A stretch of DNA of 64,000 nt from Candidatus Xenobia bacterium (GCA_045863235.1 BTUM01000009.1:68015-132014); one strand, 5' to 3'; positions 43,360-52,673 are shown, numbered from the stretch's first letter. Translations and numbers: made by a program. The notes: a model not told the origin generated them from the letters alone.

Positions 43360-44316
43360 ATGCGGATCGGTCTGGACCTGGGCACTTCTACCGTGCGGCT
43401 GGTGGAAGGTCGTAAGCTGGCGGTGCTGTGCCAGCCGAACCTGCTGTTGCAGGATCAGCACTTTCCCGAAGTTCTGGCGGGAGGCGAAACGGCCCGCAAG
43501 ATGGTGGGCCGCACCGCCCAGCACTGGAGCGCCTGTCGACCCGTGGTGCGCAGCCGGCTGGGGTCTCCCCAGGCAGCCCGCCTGCTGATCAAGCCCATGA
43601 TGGAGCAGGCCGGGGGCTGGCGGCGCTTCGGACGGCCCCGCGTGATGGTGGCCACCCCCCTCTCCTCCAGTCCCACCGAGCGTCAGGCGGTGGCCGACCT
43701 GCTGCGCCAGATGGGCATCAAGGAAGTGGAAGGGGTGGCCACCCCGCTGGCCGCCGCCCTGGGCGCGGTGCCGACCGGTCACGAGCCGCCCCCGCTGGTA
43801 CTGGTGATGGGAGCCAGCGTCACCGAAGTGGCCCTGGTTTCGCGCGGCCTGGTGGTCTCAGACTTCCTGCAGCTGGGTGGCCAGACGCTGGACCAGGCGA
43901 TGGTGGCGCACCTGCGCCGCCAACACGGCCTGGAGGTGAGCCTGGAGGCGGCCGAAGAGGTGAAGCGCTCGGTGGGCTCGGCCGACCCGGCCCACGACCA
44001 GCTGACCTGCCGCGTCTACGGGCGCGAGCTGGAGAGCCGGCTGCCCCACTCGGTCGTGCTCACCGGCGAAGAGGTGCGCTCCGTGCTGGCCCCGCCGCTG
44101 AGCGAGGTTCTGCGCCTGGTGCGAGAGGTGCTCGACCGCACTCCGCCGGCGATGAGCAGCGACGTGCTCCAACGCGGACTGACCCTGACCGGCGGGGGAG
44201 CCCACCTCATCGGGCTGGACAGCTACCTGGCCCGCGAGACGGGCCTGCCCGTGCAACTGGCCGAGGAGCCGGAAAATGCGGTGGTGCGAGGCACTCTGGG
44301 AGAATTTGCAGCATGA
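43360..44316 (+). CDS. mreB: Divergent MreB/Mbl-like actin homologue
   Basis: GGAGG RBS; IGLDLGTS, A.KMVGRT, TERQAV, PLAAALG, LGGQTLD, AEEVK, TPPAMSSD, LTGGGA. Confidence 0.85.
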   Translation: MRIGLDLGTSTVRLVEGRKLAVLCQPNLLLQDQHFPEVLAGGETARKMVGRTAQHWSACRPVVRSRLGSPQAARLLIKPMMEQAGGWRRFGRPRVMVATPLSSSPTERQAVADLLRQMGIKEVEGVATPLAAALGAVPTGHEPPPLVLVMGASVTEVALVSRGLVVSDFLQLGGQTLDQAMVAHLRRQHGLEVSLEAAEEVKRSVGSADPAHDQLTCRVYGRELESRLPHSVVLTGEEVRSVLAPPLSEVLRLVREVLDRTPPAMSSDVLQRGLTLTGGGAHLIGLDSYLARETGLPVQLAEEPENAVVRGTLGEFAA

Positions 44317-46172
44317 TCGCCTCTGAGAGCATTGAGCTTCCCCTGGCCCGAGCGGCCACGGCCTGCCAGGCCAGCTGGCTGGAATCGGTCAGCCATCACT
44401 ATGGCGCCGTGAAGGTGGACGCCGGAATCTTGCTGGGCAGCACCCGGGTGCACATCGAGACGCGTGGCAAGGCGGTGGTGCAACCCAGCCGGGTGGCGGT
44501 GGATCCGCGCGGCAAGGTGCTGGCCGTGGGCGAGGTGGCCGAGCGCATGGAAGGCCGCGAGCCCACCGAGGTGCGGGTGCTGCACCCGGTGCGCGAAGGA
44601 GCCGTGGTGGAGCCCGAGCTGGCCCGCCAGCTGGTTTCCCGCCTGCTCAGTCCGGGGGCCCACCTGGCCGCCGCCATCCCGGGCGATCTCTCGGCCGTGG
44701 AGCGAGCCGCCCTGCAGAGCGTGCTCCAGTCGGCCGGGGCCCGCCAGGTCTACCTGGTGGATCAGGCCATCCTGGCCTCGGTAGGTGCCGGCCAGCGCTT
44801 GCTGCAGCCGGAGGCCTGCCTGGTGGTGCACCTGGGCTGCGAGACAGCCGAGATGGCCGTGTTCGCGCTGGGCAGCCGCCTGTGGGGAACCACCTTGCGC
44901 TGGGGTACCAGCCATATGGACCGCGCCCTCATCGAGGAGGTGCGCCGCAACCACCAGATCGTGCTGGACACCCGGGTGGCCGAGCGGCTGCGCCTGGAAC
45001 TGGGGCACGCCCTGGAGGCCGAGGGCTCGCTGGAGGTCAGCGGCCAGGGCCTGGAGGACGGTCAGCCCGCCCCGCTCACCCTGCAGGCCGAAGAGGTCTG
45101 CTCGGTGCTGCGCCCCTTCCTCGAGCAGTTGTCCGAGCAACTGTGCCAGGTGCTGGCCCAGGTCAGCCCGGAAGCGCTGGGCGACCTGATCGCCGGCGGC
45201 GGCGCGCTGACCGGCCCGGGAGCTCGCCTCAAAGGACTGGGCGTCTTTCTCAGCCAGCGCTCGCGCCTGCGACTGGTGCCGGCCGACAGTCCGGGCGAAG
45301 CGGTGGCGCGCGGCCTGGGTGAGCTGATCCGCCAGAAAGCCCTGCGCCAGGTGCTGTTGGCCCGGCGCGAGGCCCGGCCCACCGTGAAGGCGCCCCGCTC
45401 GGGCTGGCTGGTGGCCGGCCTGGCCCTGGCCACCTCGGCCCTGTTGACGGTGGGCTACCTGGGTGAGCTGCGAGCCGGCCAGGCCAATCCGGTCGAGAAG
45501 GCGCTGGGCCAGGTGCTCGATCCGGCCGTCGCCCGGGCCAGCGATCTGGTGGAGCCGGCCAGCCTGGAGCAAGACCGCACGGCCGCCGTGCTGAGCGAGA
45601 AGGACCGTCAGATTCGCGAGCTGGCCTCCCAGAACCAGCGCCTGGAAGGGCTGCTCAAGGCTCGCAACGAGCTGTCCACGGCCCGGCCGGTCGCGGCCCG
45701 GGTGGTGGCTCGCGATCCGGGAGGCTGGATGTCGTTCTGCACCCTGGACGTGGGCTCGCGCGAAGGGATCCGGGTGGGCAACCCGGTCACCACCGCCGAA
45801 GGGCTGGTGGGCCAGGTCACCGAGGTGCGCCCGGATACCTGCCGGGTACGCCTGCTGACCGATTCGCGCGCGGTGGCCGCGGGCCGAGTGAGCCAGCGCA
45901 AGGCCTCGGGCGTGTTGCAGGGGGTGGGGGCCAGCAATCTCGAGCTGCGCTACCTTGACCCCGACGCCCGCGTGAAAAGCGGAGACCTGGTGGTCACCAG
46001 CGGCCAGGACGGGCAGTTCCCGGAAGGGCTCAAGGTGGGCCGGGTGCAGTCGGTGCGGCTGGTGGCCGAAGCCAACTATCAGGCGGCCGTGGTGGCGCCG
46101 CTGGCTCCCCTGGACAGCATGCGCACCGTGCTGGTGCTCCAAACCGGAAGTCGCGCCGTCAGCCTGCGATGA
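44313..46172 (+). CDS. mreC: MreB-like domain fused via a TM helix and coiled coil to MreC
   Basis: N-half has QPSRVAVD, MEGREP, HPVREG, VERAAL, AERLR, LTGPGARL. C-half has ARVVARDP, LDVGSREGI, GLVGQV, VVTSGQDGQFPEGLKVG. One uninterrupted frame. Confidence 0.85.
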   Translation: MIASESIELPLARAATACQASWLESVSHHYGAVKVDAGILLGSTRVHIETRGKAVVQPSRVAVDPRGKVLAVGEVAERMEGREPTEVRVLHPVREGAVVEPELARQLVSRLLSPGAHLAAAIPGDLSAVERAALQSVLQSAGARQVYLVDQAILASVGAGQRLLQPEACLVVHLGCETAEMAVFALGSRLWGTTLRWGTSHMDRALIEEVRRNHQIVLDTRVAERLRLELGHALEAEGSLEVSGQGLEDGQPAPLTLQAEEVCSVLRPFLEQLSEQLCQVLAQVSPEALGDLIAGGGALTGPGARLKGLGVFLSQRSRLRLVPADSPGEAVARGLGELIRQKALRQVLLARREARPTVKAPRSGWLVAGLALATSALLTVGYLGELRAGQANPVEKALGQVLDPAVARASDLVEPASLEQDRTAAVLSEKDRQIRELASQNQRLEGLLKARNELSTARPVAARVVARDPGGWMSFCTLDVGSREGIRVGNPVTTAEGLVGQVTEVRPDTCRVRLLTDSRAVAAGRVSQRKASGVLQGVGASNLELRYLDPDARVKSGDLVVTSGQDGQFPEGLKVGRVQSVRLVAEANYQAAVVAPLAPLDSMRTVLVLQTGSRAVSLR

Positions 46173-46588
46173 AGTGGTGGCTCGCCCCTGCCCTGGTGGC
46201 CGCCGCCCTGATTCAGGGCGGCTGGGGCGTGCCGCTGGACCTGGTCTTGCTGCTCACGATCGCGGCCGCCCGGCGCCGGCTGGTGCCGGGCGGAACCCTG
46301 GTGGGCCTGCTCGGTGGACTCTTGCTGGGGGCGGTGCGGGGGATTGGCTCGGGCCCGCTCTCGGCTCTCTACGTGGCCTGTGGCTGGCTGGCGGGAGCCT
46401 GGTTCGAGCGCGGCCTGGGCACCGGTGCCCGGGCCATGCTGCTGGGAGCCGGCCTCTTCAGCCTGGTGGTGGCCGGGGACACGGTGCTGCGCCTCACCCT
46501 GGGCCAGCCTCTGGAGCTCAGTCAGTTTGCCAGCGCCTGGCGCATCCTTCTCGTGCACGCCGCCCTGACCTGGTGGGTGGCCCGGTGA
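46169..46588 (+). CDS. mreD: Rod shape-determining protein MreD (divergent)
   Basis: Small multi-TM protein with DLVLL and GLLGGLL, between mreC and pbp2. Confidence 0.7.
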   Translation: MKWWLAPALVAAALIQGGWGVPLDLVLLLTIAAARRRLVPGGTLVGLLGGLLLGAVRGIGSGPLSALYVACGWLAGAWFERGLGTGARAMLLGAGLFSLVVAGDTVLRLTLGQPLELSQFASAWRILLVHAALTWWVAR

Positions 46589-46589
46589 C

Positions 46590-48368
46590 GTGACCTCGCG
46601 CCTTCGTCTGGCCCTGCTGGCGGTCCTCGCACTGACGGTACTGGCCGCCCTGGCAACCCGGATGGTGGACATGCAATGGCGCCACGGCTCGGAGTATGCC
46701 GCCGCGGCCCGACGCTCGAGCGTGGTCATCGAGCCGGTGCCGGCGCCGCGCGGGCGACTGCTCGACCGCCGGGGACGTTTGCTGGTATCCAACGAGCCCT
46801 GCTTTCAGCTCACAGTCTTCCCCGCCGAGATGCGCGACCGCAAACTGACCGCCCGGCGTCTGGCCGAGGCCCTGGAGGTCAAGCCCGAGCACCTTTCCGC
46901 CCGCCTCCAGAAGGCTCTCCAACAGGCCCCGCTGGAGAAGCTGGTGCTGCGCCGCTCGCTCACCCCCGGCCAGATCAGTCGCCTCCTGCTGGTGACCCCC
47001 GAGCTGCCCGGCACGGCCGTCGAGGTAGGAGCCCGCCGGCGCTACCTGGCCGGTCGCCTGGCGGCCCACGTGCTGGGGACCATGGGCGAAATCGACGCCC
47101 ACGAGCTGCCCACCCGGCGCAAGCTGGGCTATGCGGCCGGCGATCCGATGGGGCGCAGCGGGCTCGAGCGCCAGTATGACTTCCTGCTGCGGGGAAAGAA
47201 GGGCCAGCGCCACCTGGCCGTGGATGTGCTCGGTCGCACCGTGCGCGTGCTCGAGGTGGTGGATCCGGTGCCCGGCGCCGATCTCCACCTGACGCTGGAC
47301 CGCAAGATTCAGGAGACCGCCCAACGAGCCCTGGCCCAGACCCTGGCCGAGCTGCGGGTGCTCAACCAGGAGGACTCCTCCGGCGCGGTGGTGGTGATGG
47401 AGGCCTCCACGGGACGCATCCGGGCCCTGGTCAGCCTGCCCGACTTCGACCCCGCCCTGTTTGCCCGCGGCATCAAGCCGCGTGATCTGGACGCGCTCTA
47501 CAGCGATCCGCGCCACCCGCTGCTGAGCCGCGCCTATCAGAGCTCGTTCTCGCCCGGCTCGACCTTCAAGCTGATCACCGGCAGCGCGGCTCTGCAAGAG
47601 AAGCTGTGCACCTCGGGCAGCGTGTTCGTCTGCGGCGGCAGCTATATGGGAGCGAGCTGCTTCGTGACCTCGGGTCACGGCGGCATCGGCTTCGTGGACT
47701 CGCTGGCCCACTCGTGCGACGTGGTTTACTACCGACTGGGCGATCAGCTGGGCATCGACCGGCTGAGCCGCTACTGCGCCGCCTTCTCCCTGGGTAAGCC
47801 GACCGGGCTGGACGTGCCGGCCGAGACCGGAGGCCTGCTGCCCACCGCCGCCTGGAAGGAGCGCGAGCTCGGGGAGGAGTGGTATCCGGGCGACACCGTC
47901 AACATGTCCATCGGGCAGGGATTCTTGCTGGTCAGCCCGCTCCAGATGGCGGTCGCCACCGCGGCCGTGGCCAACGGGGGACAGGTGCCCCGCCCCTACC
48001 TGGTAGAAAGAGCCGTTGGGCCCAACGGACGCATCCTGCATCGGGGCCGTCCCAAGCTGCGCAAGCTGCCGGTCAGCAAGCACCACCTTGCAGCCGTGCG
48101 CCAGGGAATGCGCGGAGCGGTGGAGTACGGCACCGGCGTGGCAGCCGACGCCCCCCAGGTGGCGGTGGCCGGCAAGACCGGCACGGTGGAATCCTTCGCC
48201 AACGTGAACAATCCCCACGGTCGCAACCACGTCTGGTTCGTCTCGTATGCCCCGGCCGACAAACCCGAGCTGGTGGTGGTGGTGTTCCTGGAGAAGTCGG
48301 GCGGCTACGGAGGCTCCCTGGCCGCCCCCATCGCTCGCAAAGTCTACGATTTCGTGTATCCGCCATGA
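46590..48368 (+). CDS. mrdA: Penicillin-binding protein 2 (class B transpeptidase)
   Basis: APRGRLLDRRG, GRSGLE, PGSTFK (SxxK), SCD, KTGT. Confidence 0.95.
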   Translation: MTSRLRLALLAVLALTVLAALATRMVDMQWRHGSEYAAAARRSSVVIEPVPAPRGRLLDRRGRLLVSNEPCFQLTVFPAEMRDRKLTARRLAEALEVKPEHLSARLQKALQQAPLEKLVLRRSLTPGQISRLLLVTPELPGTAVEVGARRRYLAGRLAAHVLGTMGEIDAHELPTRRKLGYAAGDPMGRSGLERQYDFLLRGKKGQRHLAVDVLGRTVRVLEVVDPVPGADLHLTLDRKIQETAQRALAQTLAELRVLNQEDSSGAVVVMEASTGRIRALVSLPDFDPALFARGIKPRDLDALYSDPRHPLLSRAYQSSFSPGSTFKLITGSAALQEKLCTSGSVFVCGGSYMGASCFVTSGHGGIGFVDSLAHSCDVVYYRLGDQLGIDRLSRYCAAFSLGKPTGLDVPAETGGLLPTAAWKERELGEEWYPGDTVNMSIGQGFLLVSPLQMAVATAAVANGGQVPRPYLVERAVGPNGRILHRGRPKLRKLPVSKHHLAAVRQGMRGAVEYGTGVAADAPQVAVAGKTGTVESFANVNNPHGRNHVWFVSYAPADKPELVVVVFLEKSGGYGGSLAAPIARKVYDFVYPP

Positions 48369-49468
48369 AGACGCGTACCCTGCTGATATCCTCCAGCCTG
48401 GCCCTGTGGCTGCTCGGCTGCCTGGTGCTCTTCTCGGCCACCCGCTGGCAGGGGAGCGCCGGATTGCTCTTGCGCCAGCTGGCCGCGGGAGCGGTGGGGC
48501 TGAGCCTGGGATTGGCGCTGGCACGGCTGGAGCTGAGCCGGTTGCGCCAGCTGACCTGGCCCCTGTACGGGGCCGGACTGGTCAGCCTGGCGGTCGTGCT
48601 GGCGGCCGGCACCTCGGCCAAGGGGGCCCAGCGCTGGCTCTCTTTAGGCCCGCTGGGCACCATCCAGCCCTCCGAGCCGATGAAGCTTCTCCTGGTGCTG
48701 GCCCTGGCCCACCTCCTTACGCGCCTCCCGGCCCGTCGAGCGGGGGGCTTTCTGCTGGCCTGGGTGCTGACCGGAGTGGCCTTCTTGATGGTGGCCGCCC
48801 AGCCCGACCTGGGCACCGGACTGGTGCTGGTGGCCGTCGCCTTCGGGATGCTGTGGGTGGCGGGCGCCTCGCCCGTCTACCTGGCGGGTGTGGCCGTGGG
48901 AGGTCTGGGAGCGTTGACCTTCGTGCTCAAGGAGTACCAGCGCGACCGCATCATGGTCTTCTTGCACCCGGATCTCGATCCCATGGGCCAGGGCTACAGC
49001 CTCATGCAGTCCCTGACGGCCATCGGCTCGGGCCAAGTGTTCGGCCGGGGGCTCTTCGCCGGCCACCTGACCCAGCAGGGCTTCGTGCCCGAGAACTGGA
49101 CCGACTTTGCCTTTACCGTGGTGGGCGAGGAGCTGGGCCTGGCCGGCAGTCTGGGCCTGCTGCTACTGTGTGCCCTGCAACTGGGCAGCCTGCTGGTCAT
49201 CGCCTGGCGCAGCCAGGACTATCCTCGCCTGCTGGCCACGGGTGTGGCCGTCATGCTGGGCTTCCAGCTCTCGGTCAACCTGGCCATGACCATGGGCATG
49301 GCCCCCGTGGTCGGGATCCCCCTGCCCCTGGTCAGCTACGGGGGCAGCGCACTGATCACCAACCTGGCCGCCCTGGGCCTGGTCGCGGGTCTGGCCCGCC
49401 GAAGTCCACCCCGTCAGGCCACCGTGCACCCCCTGCCCGTGCGCCAGCGACTGCCCCTGGCCGGATGA
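48365..49468 (+). CDS. rodA: SEDS glycosyltransferase RodA
   Basis: GAQRWL, IQPSEPMK, QPDLGT, YQRDRI, PENWTDF, GEELG, GIPLPLVSYGGS. Confidence 0.94.
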   Translation: MKTRTLLISSSLALWLLGCLVLFSATRWQGSAGLLLRQLAAGAVGLSLGLALARLELSRLRQLTWPLYGAGLVSLAVVLAAGTSAKGAQRWLSLGPLGTIQPSEPMKLLLVLALAHLLTRLPARRAGGFLLAWVLTGVAFLMVAAQPDLGTGLVLVAVAFGMLWVAGASPVYLAGVAVGGLGALTFVLKEYQRDRIMVFLHPDLDPMGQGYSLMQSLTAIGSGQVFGRGLFAGHLTQQGFVPENWTDFAFTVVGEELGLAGSLGLLLLCALQLGSLLVIAWRSQDYPRLLATGVAVMLGFQLSVNLAMTMGMAPVVGIPLPLVSYGGSALITNLAALGLVAGLARRSPPRQATVHPLPVRQRLPLAG

Positions 49469-49490
49469 GCCGTTCCAAGATTCCCACTGG

Positions 49491-49523
49491 CTTTAGGTTT
49501 GTTTCAGCTCTCTGAAATAGGCT
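49491..49523 (+). promoter_or_regulatory. TTTCAG repeat box plus -10-like hexamer
   Basis: CTTTAG-GTTTG-TTTCAG-N10-TAGGCT-N9-ATG. Confidence 0.55.
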
Positions 49524-49532
49524 GGAGAAGCC

Positions 49533-50879
49533 ATGAGAATTGCCGAAATCGCCCAGCCGGGTTTCTTCCAGTATCGTCCCAACGCGGCCAGCAGTTCGTC
49601 CGAGGGCGACCGGTTCGAGCCGAGCGGCCCCCAGGAGCCCGTCCGGCTGACCCAGGCGATGCTCGGCGAACTGATGCGCACCAACGTGGGGACCGACCAC
49701 CTGGTGGCCTGGAAGCTGCAACTGCCCGGGGGCCTGGTGCGCGACAATCCCACCTTCGGCCCCGACGGCACGGTCTACGTGCCCCAGTCGGGCGGAACCA
49801 CCCTGATCAACAGCAATGAAGGTCGCATCATCGACCACCACAAATTCGAGCAGCCCTGCGAGGCGGCCGCGGCCATGGCCCCCAACGGCGACCTGCTGCT
49901 GCCCCACAAGGGGCTGACCCGCTATCGTCCCGACATGTCGGAGGTCTGGAATCAAGACAAGGTTCCCTACGGCAACCAGCCACCACTGCTCGGACCCGAC
50001 CAGAGCACCTACGTAGCGGGCTACAGTCCCAAAGGGACGGTCACCCGGGTGACCCCGGACGGGCAGATCGCCTGGTCGACGGAGGTTCGTCGCGGCACAG
50101 GCGACCACATGGATACCCCGATGTCGCTCAGCCCCGATGGAAAGCGCCTCTACGCTGGCGGAGAAGGGATCCTGTTTGCCCTCGACCCGGCCTCGGGCAA
50201 GGTGCTGTGGGGTAAGGGGAAGGCCCATTCCACCGTGCAGGTGGGCTGCCGCCCCCTGGTGACCCCGCGCGACCAGGTGGTGGTCTCTGGGATGAGCAAC
50301 CAGGTGACCTGTTTTGACAGCGACGGCAAGGAGGTCTGGAAATGGTCGGCCCGCTTCGAGAAGCGCAGCGACGAGCTGACCCGCAAAGAGCGCGAGGAGG
50401 CTTTCGGTTGGGGCAACGGGCTGATCGAGTCGAGCCCCACGCTCACCAGGGATGGGCAAACCATCCTGGTGGCTGGTGACGAAAAGTTGCTGGCCCTGGA
50501 TCTCGATGGCAACCTGCGCTGGAAGAAGGAGCTGCCGGGAGCGAGCCTGCTTCGCGACGAGGCCATCCAGGTCGGGCCGGACGGGAGCATCTACGTCAAG
50601 TCAGACCACAATACCCAGGTCTGGGCCTTCAACGAGCAGGGAGAGCAGATCTGGCATTATGCCAACCACAGCCCTAGCGGCTCGGCCTTCATGGCCGTCA
50701 ATCAGGACACGGTGGTCTTCGTCACCCGCGAGGGAAGTGCCGTGGCCCTGCGCCAGGACGCGCTGCGCAAGCGTATCGAAGAGGTGGCTGCCCGCCCGGA
50801 CGATTCGCCCAGCCAGATCCAGGTGGGCAACGGCGTGGTCACCGTGGGCGGAGTGCGCGTCAAGACGCGTGCCCGCTGA
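49533..50879 (+). CDS. PQQ-like beta-propeller protein with the conserved C-terminal tail motif
   Basis: Repeats GPDGTVYV, ALDPASGKVLW, ALDLDGNLRW; ends QIQVGNGVVTVGGVRVKTRAR. Confidence 0.82.
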   Translation: MRIAEIAQPGFFQYRPNAASSSSEGDRFEPSGPQEPVRLTQAMLGELMRTNVGTDHLVAWKLQLPGGLVRDNPTFGPDGTVYVPQSGGTTLINSNEGRIIDHHKFEQPCEAAAAMAPNGDLLLPHKGLTRYRPDMSEVWNQDKVPYGNQPPLLGPDQSTYVAGYSPKGTVTRVTPDGQIAWSTEVRRGTGDHMDTPMSLSPDGKRLYAGGEGILFALDPASGKVLWGKGKAHSTVQVGCRPLVTPRDQVVVSGMSNQVTCFDSDGKEVWKWSARFEKRSDELTRKEREEAFGWGNGLIESSPTLTRDGQTILVAGDEKLLALDLDGNLRWKKELPGASLLRDEAIQVGPDGSIYVKSDHNTQVWAFNEQGEQIWHYANHSPSGSAFMAVNQDTVVFVTREGSAVALRQDALRKRIEEVAARPDDSPSQIQVGNGVVTVGGVRVKTRAR

Positions 50880-50898
50880 TCAGATCGACCGCTGCGAG

Positions 50899-51501
50899 TT
50901 ATCCTCCGCCCTGCTCCTGCTTGCGCCAATGAAGGGCGACTTCTTTGGCCGCGTAGGCCCCGCCGGCCACGAGATGGAGAGCTGGAGCCAGATTGGGCAG
51001 GCAGGCCGCGCCTGTCAGGGCCAGGCCCTGGGTAATCGCAAAGGCACCCACGAGGTAGCGCTGGGGAGGCCCTTCCTGAGGAGCCCGGGTCAGCTCGCTG
51101 ATGCCCACGCCCACGGTGGCCAGGCCATGGACGGCCTTCAGCGGTCCCATCACCAGGTCGGAGGTCTGAGCTCCCCCCAGCACCGACCAGGCCTCCAGGG
51201 CCGAGTGAGCGGAGGCGGCCAGGAGGCCCACCCCGTCGATCTTGTCGGGCAGGGCATCCGAGCGCAGGCGGGCCACGCCCAGGCCCAGAGCTCCCACGGC
51301 CGTCACGCCGGCCATCACGCCACCTGCCGTTGAGCCGACCCCGTCCTTGAGGTTGTCGAGCCAGATGTGGCGGGCCGTATAGAGCCCATCCACCGCCTGG
51401 GCCAGGATCGGATTCTCGGCCTGCAGGGCCTCACGCGGCTCCTGGCCGGCGATCTCCTTACGAGGCTTGAAGGTCAATGGGTTGCTGGTCAATACTTGCA
51501 T
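50899..51501 (-). CDS. Hypothetical Gly/Ala-rich hydrophobic protein
   Basis: ORF with several Gly/Ala-rich helices; TATAGT 7 nt before ATG. Confidence 0.65.
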   Translation of the reverse strand: MQVLTSNPLTFKPRKEIAGQEPREALQAENPILAQAVDGLYTARHIWLDNLKDGVGSTAGGVMAGVTAVGALGLGVARLRSDALPDKIDGVGLLAASAHSALEAWSVLGGAQTSDLVMGPLKAVHGLATVGVGISELTRAPQEGPPQRYLVGAFAITQGLALTGAACLPNLAPALHLVAGGAYAAKEVALHWRKQEQGGG

Positions 51502-51508
51502 GCTCGGC

Positions 51509-51552
51509 ACTATAGCCCCCGATCCCCGGCTGCGTTGTGAACACATTGTTAA
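51509..51552 (-). promoter_or_regulatory. Leaderless promoter with an upstream TTAACA-N5-TTCACA direct repeat
   Basis: Minus strand TTAACA-ATGTG-TTCACA-N21-TATAGT-N7-ATG. Confidence 0.45.
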
Positions 51553-51612
51553 CCCGGGGGAAAGCCGAGCGCTTCACGCGAAAACTCTCCACTTCATGAG
51601 GCTCTTCGCGCC

Positions 51613-52656
51613 GTGATCCTCCAGAGCAAGGTCCCCAGGCGCAGGCTGGCCACCAGTCTTGGCCATCTGGCCCTGCTCATGCGCTCGAGCATTCCCATCA
51701 CCACCTCGCTCCAGACCCTGTCGGTCCAGGAGGAGTGCTTGCCACTGCGCAAAGCCTGGGAGGACGTGCTCACCATGGTCGAGACCGGTCACAAGCTCTC
51801 GGGCGCGATGACGCGGCACCCGGCCGTCTTTCCCTCCACCGTGGTCTTGATGGTGCGCGCCGGCGAGGAATCGGGCATGCTCGACGATCGGCTCCAGCGC
51901 GCGGCCGACATGGTACAGCGCCAGGCGGGCTATGAGGAGAAGCTGCGTCAGGCCATGTCAGGACCCATGGTCACGCTCGGTTTCAGCGTGCTGGTGTTAT
52001 TCATGCTCTGCCGCTTTGTGATGCCCCGCTTTACCGAGATGTACAGCTCCATGAACGTGAAGCTCCCCTGGATCACCGCCGTCGCTGTGGGCGCGGTCAA
52101 CTTTCTCAACGACCCGGTCTTTCCAGCCTTTCTGTTGCTGGGAGTGGCCGGAGTCCTGTCTTCCCGCGACCGCCTCAAAAGCTGGCTGTTCCGGGTTGCA
52201 CTGGAGATTCCATTCACCCGGCCCCTGGTAGCCAGCCTTCTGTGCGCCCAGTTCTGCGACACCATCGGCAGCCTCTACTCCAACGGCATCCCCATCCCCC
52301 GGGCCGTACGCCTGCTGGCCGCCAGCACCTGGGAGACGAGCTACTCCGAGCGGCTCGAGCGGGTGGCCTCGCGTACCGAGCTCGACGGCGACCTGAGCCT
52401 GGCCGTGGAGGAGGAGATCGAGTTCTTTCCGGTTTGCCTCGGGGCCATGCTGGTCGTGGGAGCCGAAACGGGGGCCCTCGAGTCGGTGCTGCACTCAGTG
52501 CAGCGACTGATGGACATGGAAGCCGAGTCGCGGCTGGAGGTCTGCCTGGCCATGACCGAGCCCTTGATGGTGGGCGGGCTGGGGCTCTTTCTGGCCGGCT
52601 TCTTCGTGGCCATGCTGCTGCCGATGTACCAGCTGGTCAGCCAACTGAGCCCTTGA
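51613..52656 (+). CDS. Type II secretion system F / PilC family inner-membrane platform protein
   Basis: VETGHKLSGAM..HP.VF, MVRAGEESGMLD, VGAETGAL, EPLM, AMLLPMY. Confidence 0.88.
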   Translation: MILQSKVPRRRLATSLGHLALLMRSSIPITTSLQTLSVQEECLPLRKAWEDVLTMVETGHKLSGAMTRHPAVFPSTVVLMVRAGEESGMLDDRLQRAADMVQRQAGYEEKLRQAMSGPMVTLGFSVLVLFMLCRFVMPRFTEMYSSMNVKLPWITAVAVGAVNFLNDPVFPAFLLLGVAGVLSSRDRLKSWLFRVALEIPFTRPLVASLLCAQFCDTIGSLYSNGIPIPRAVRLLAASTWETSYSERLERVASRTELDGDLSLAVEEEIEFFPVCLGAMLVVGAETGALESVLHSVQRLMDMEAESRLEVCLAMTEPLMVGGLGLFLAGFFVAMLLPMYQLVSQLSP

Positions 52657-52673
52657 GTGCTACAATCAACCAT

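Noticed and set aside
43428..44312. N-terminal 295 aa of the 914-aa ORF
   Set aside because: It overlaps the mreB-like gene in another frame and is Arg/Pro/Gly-rich noise; the real start is ATG 44313.
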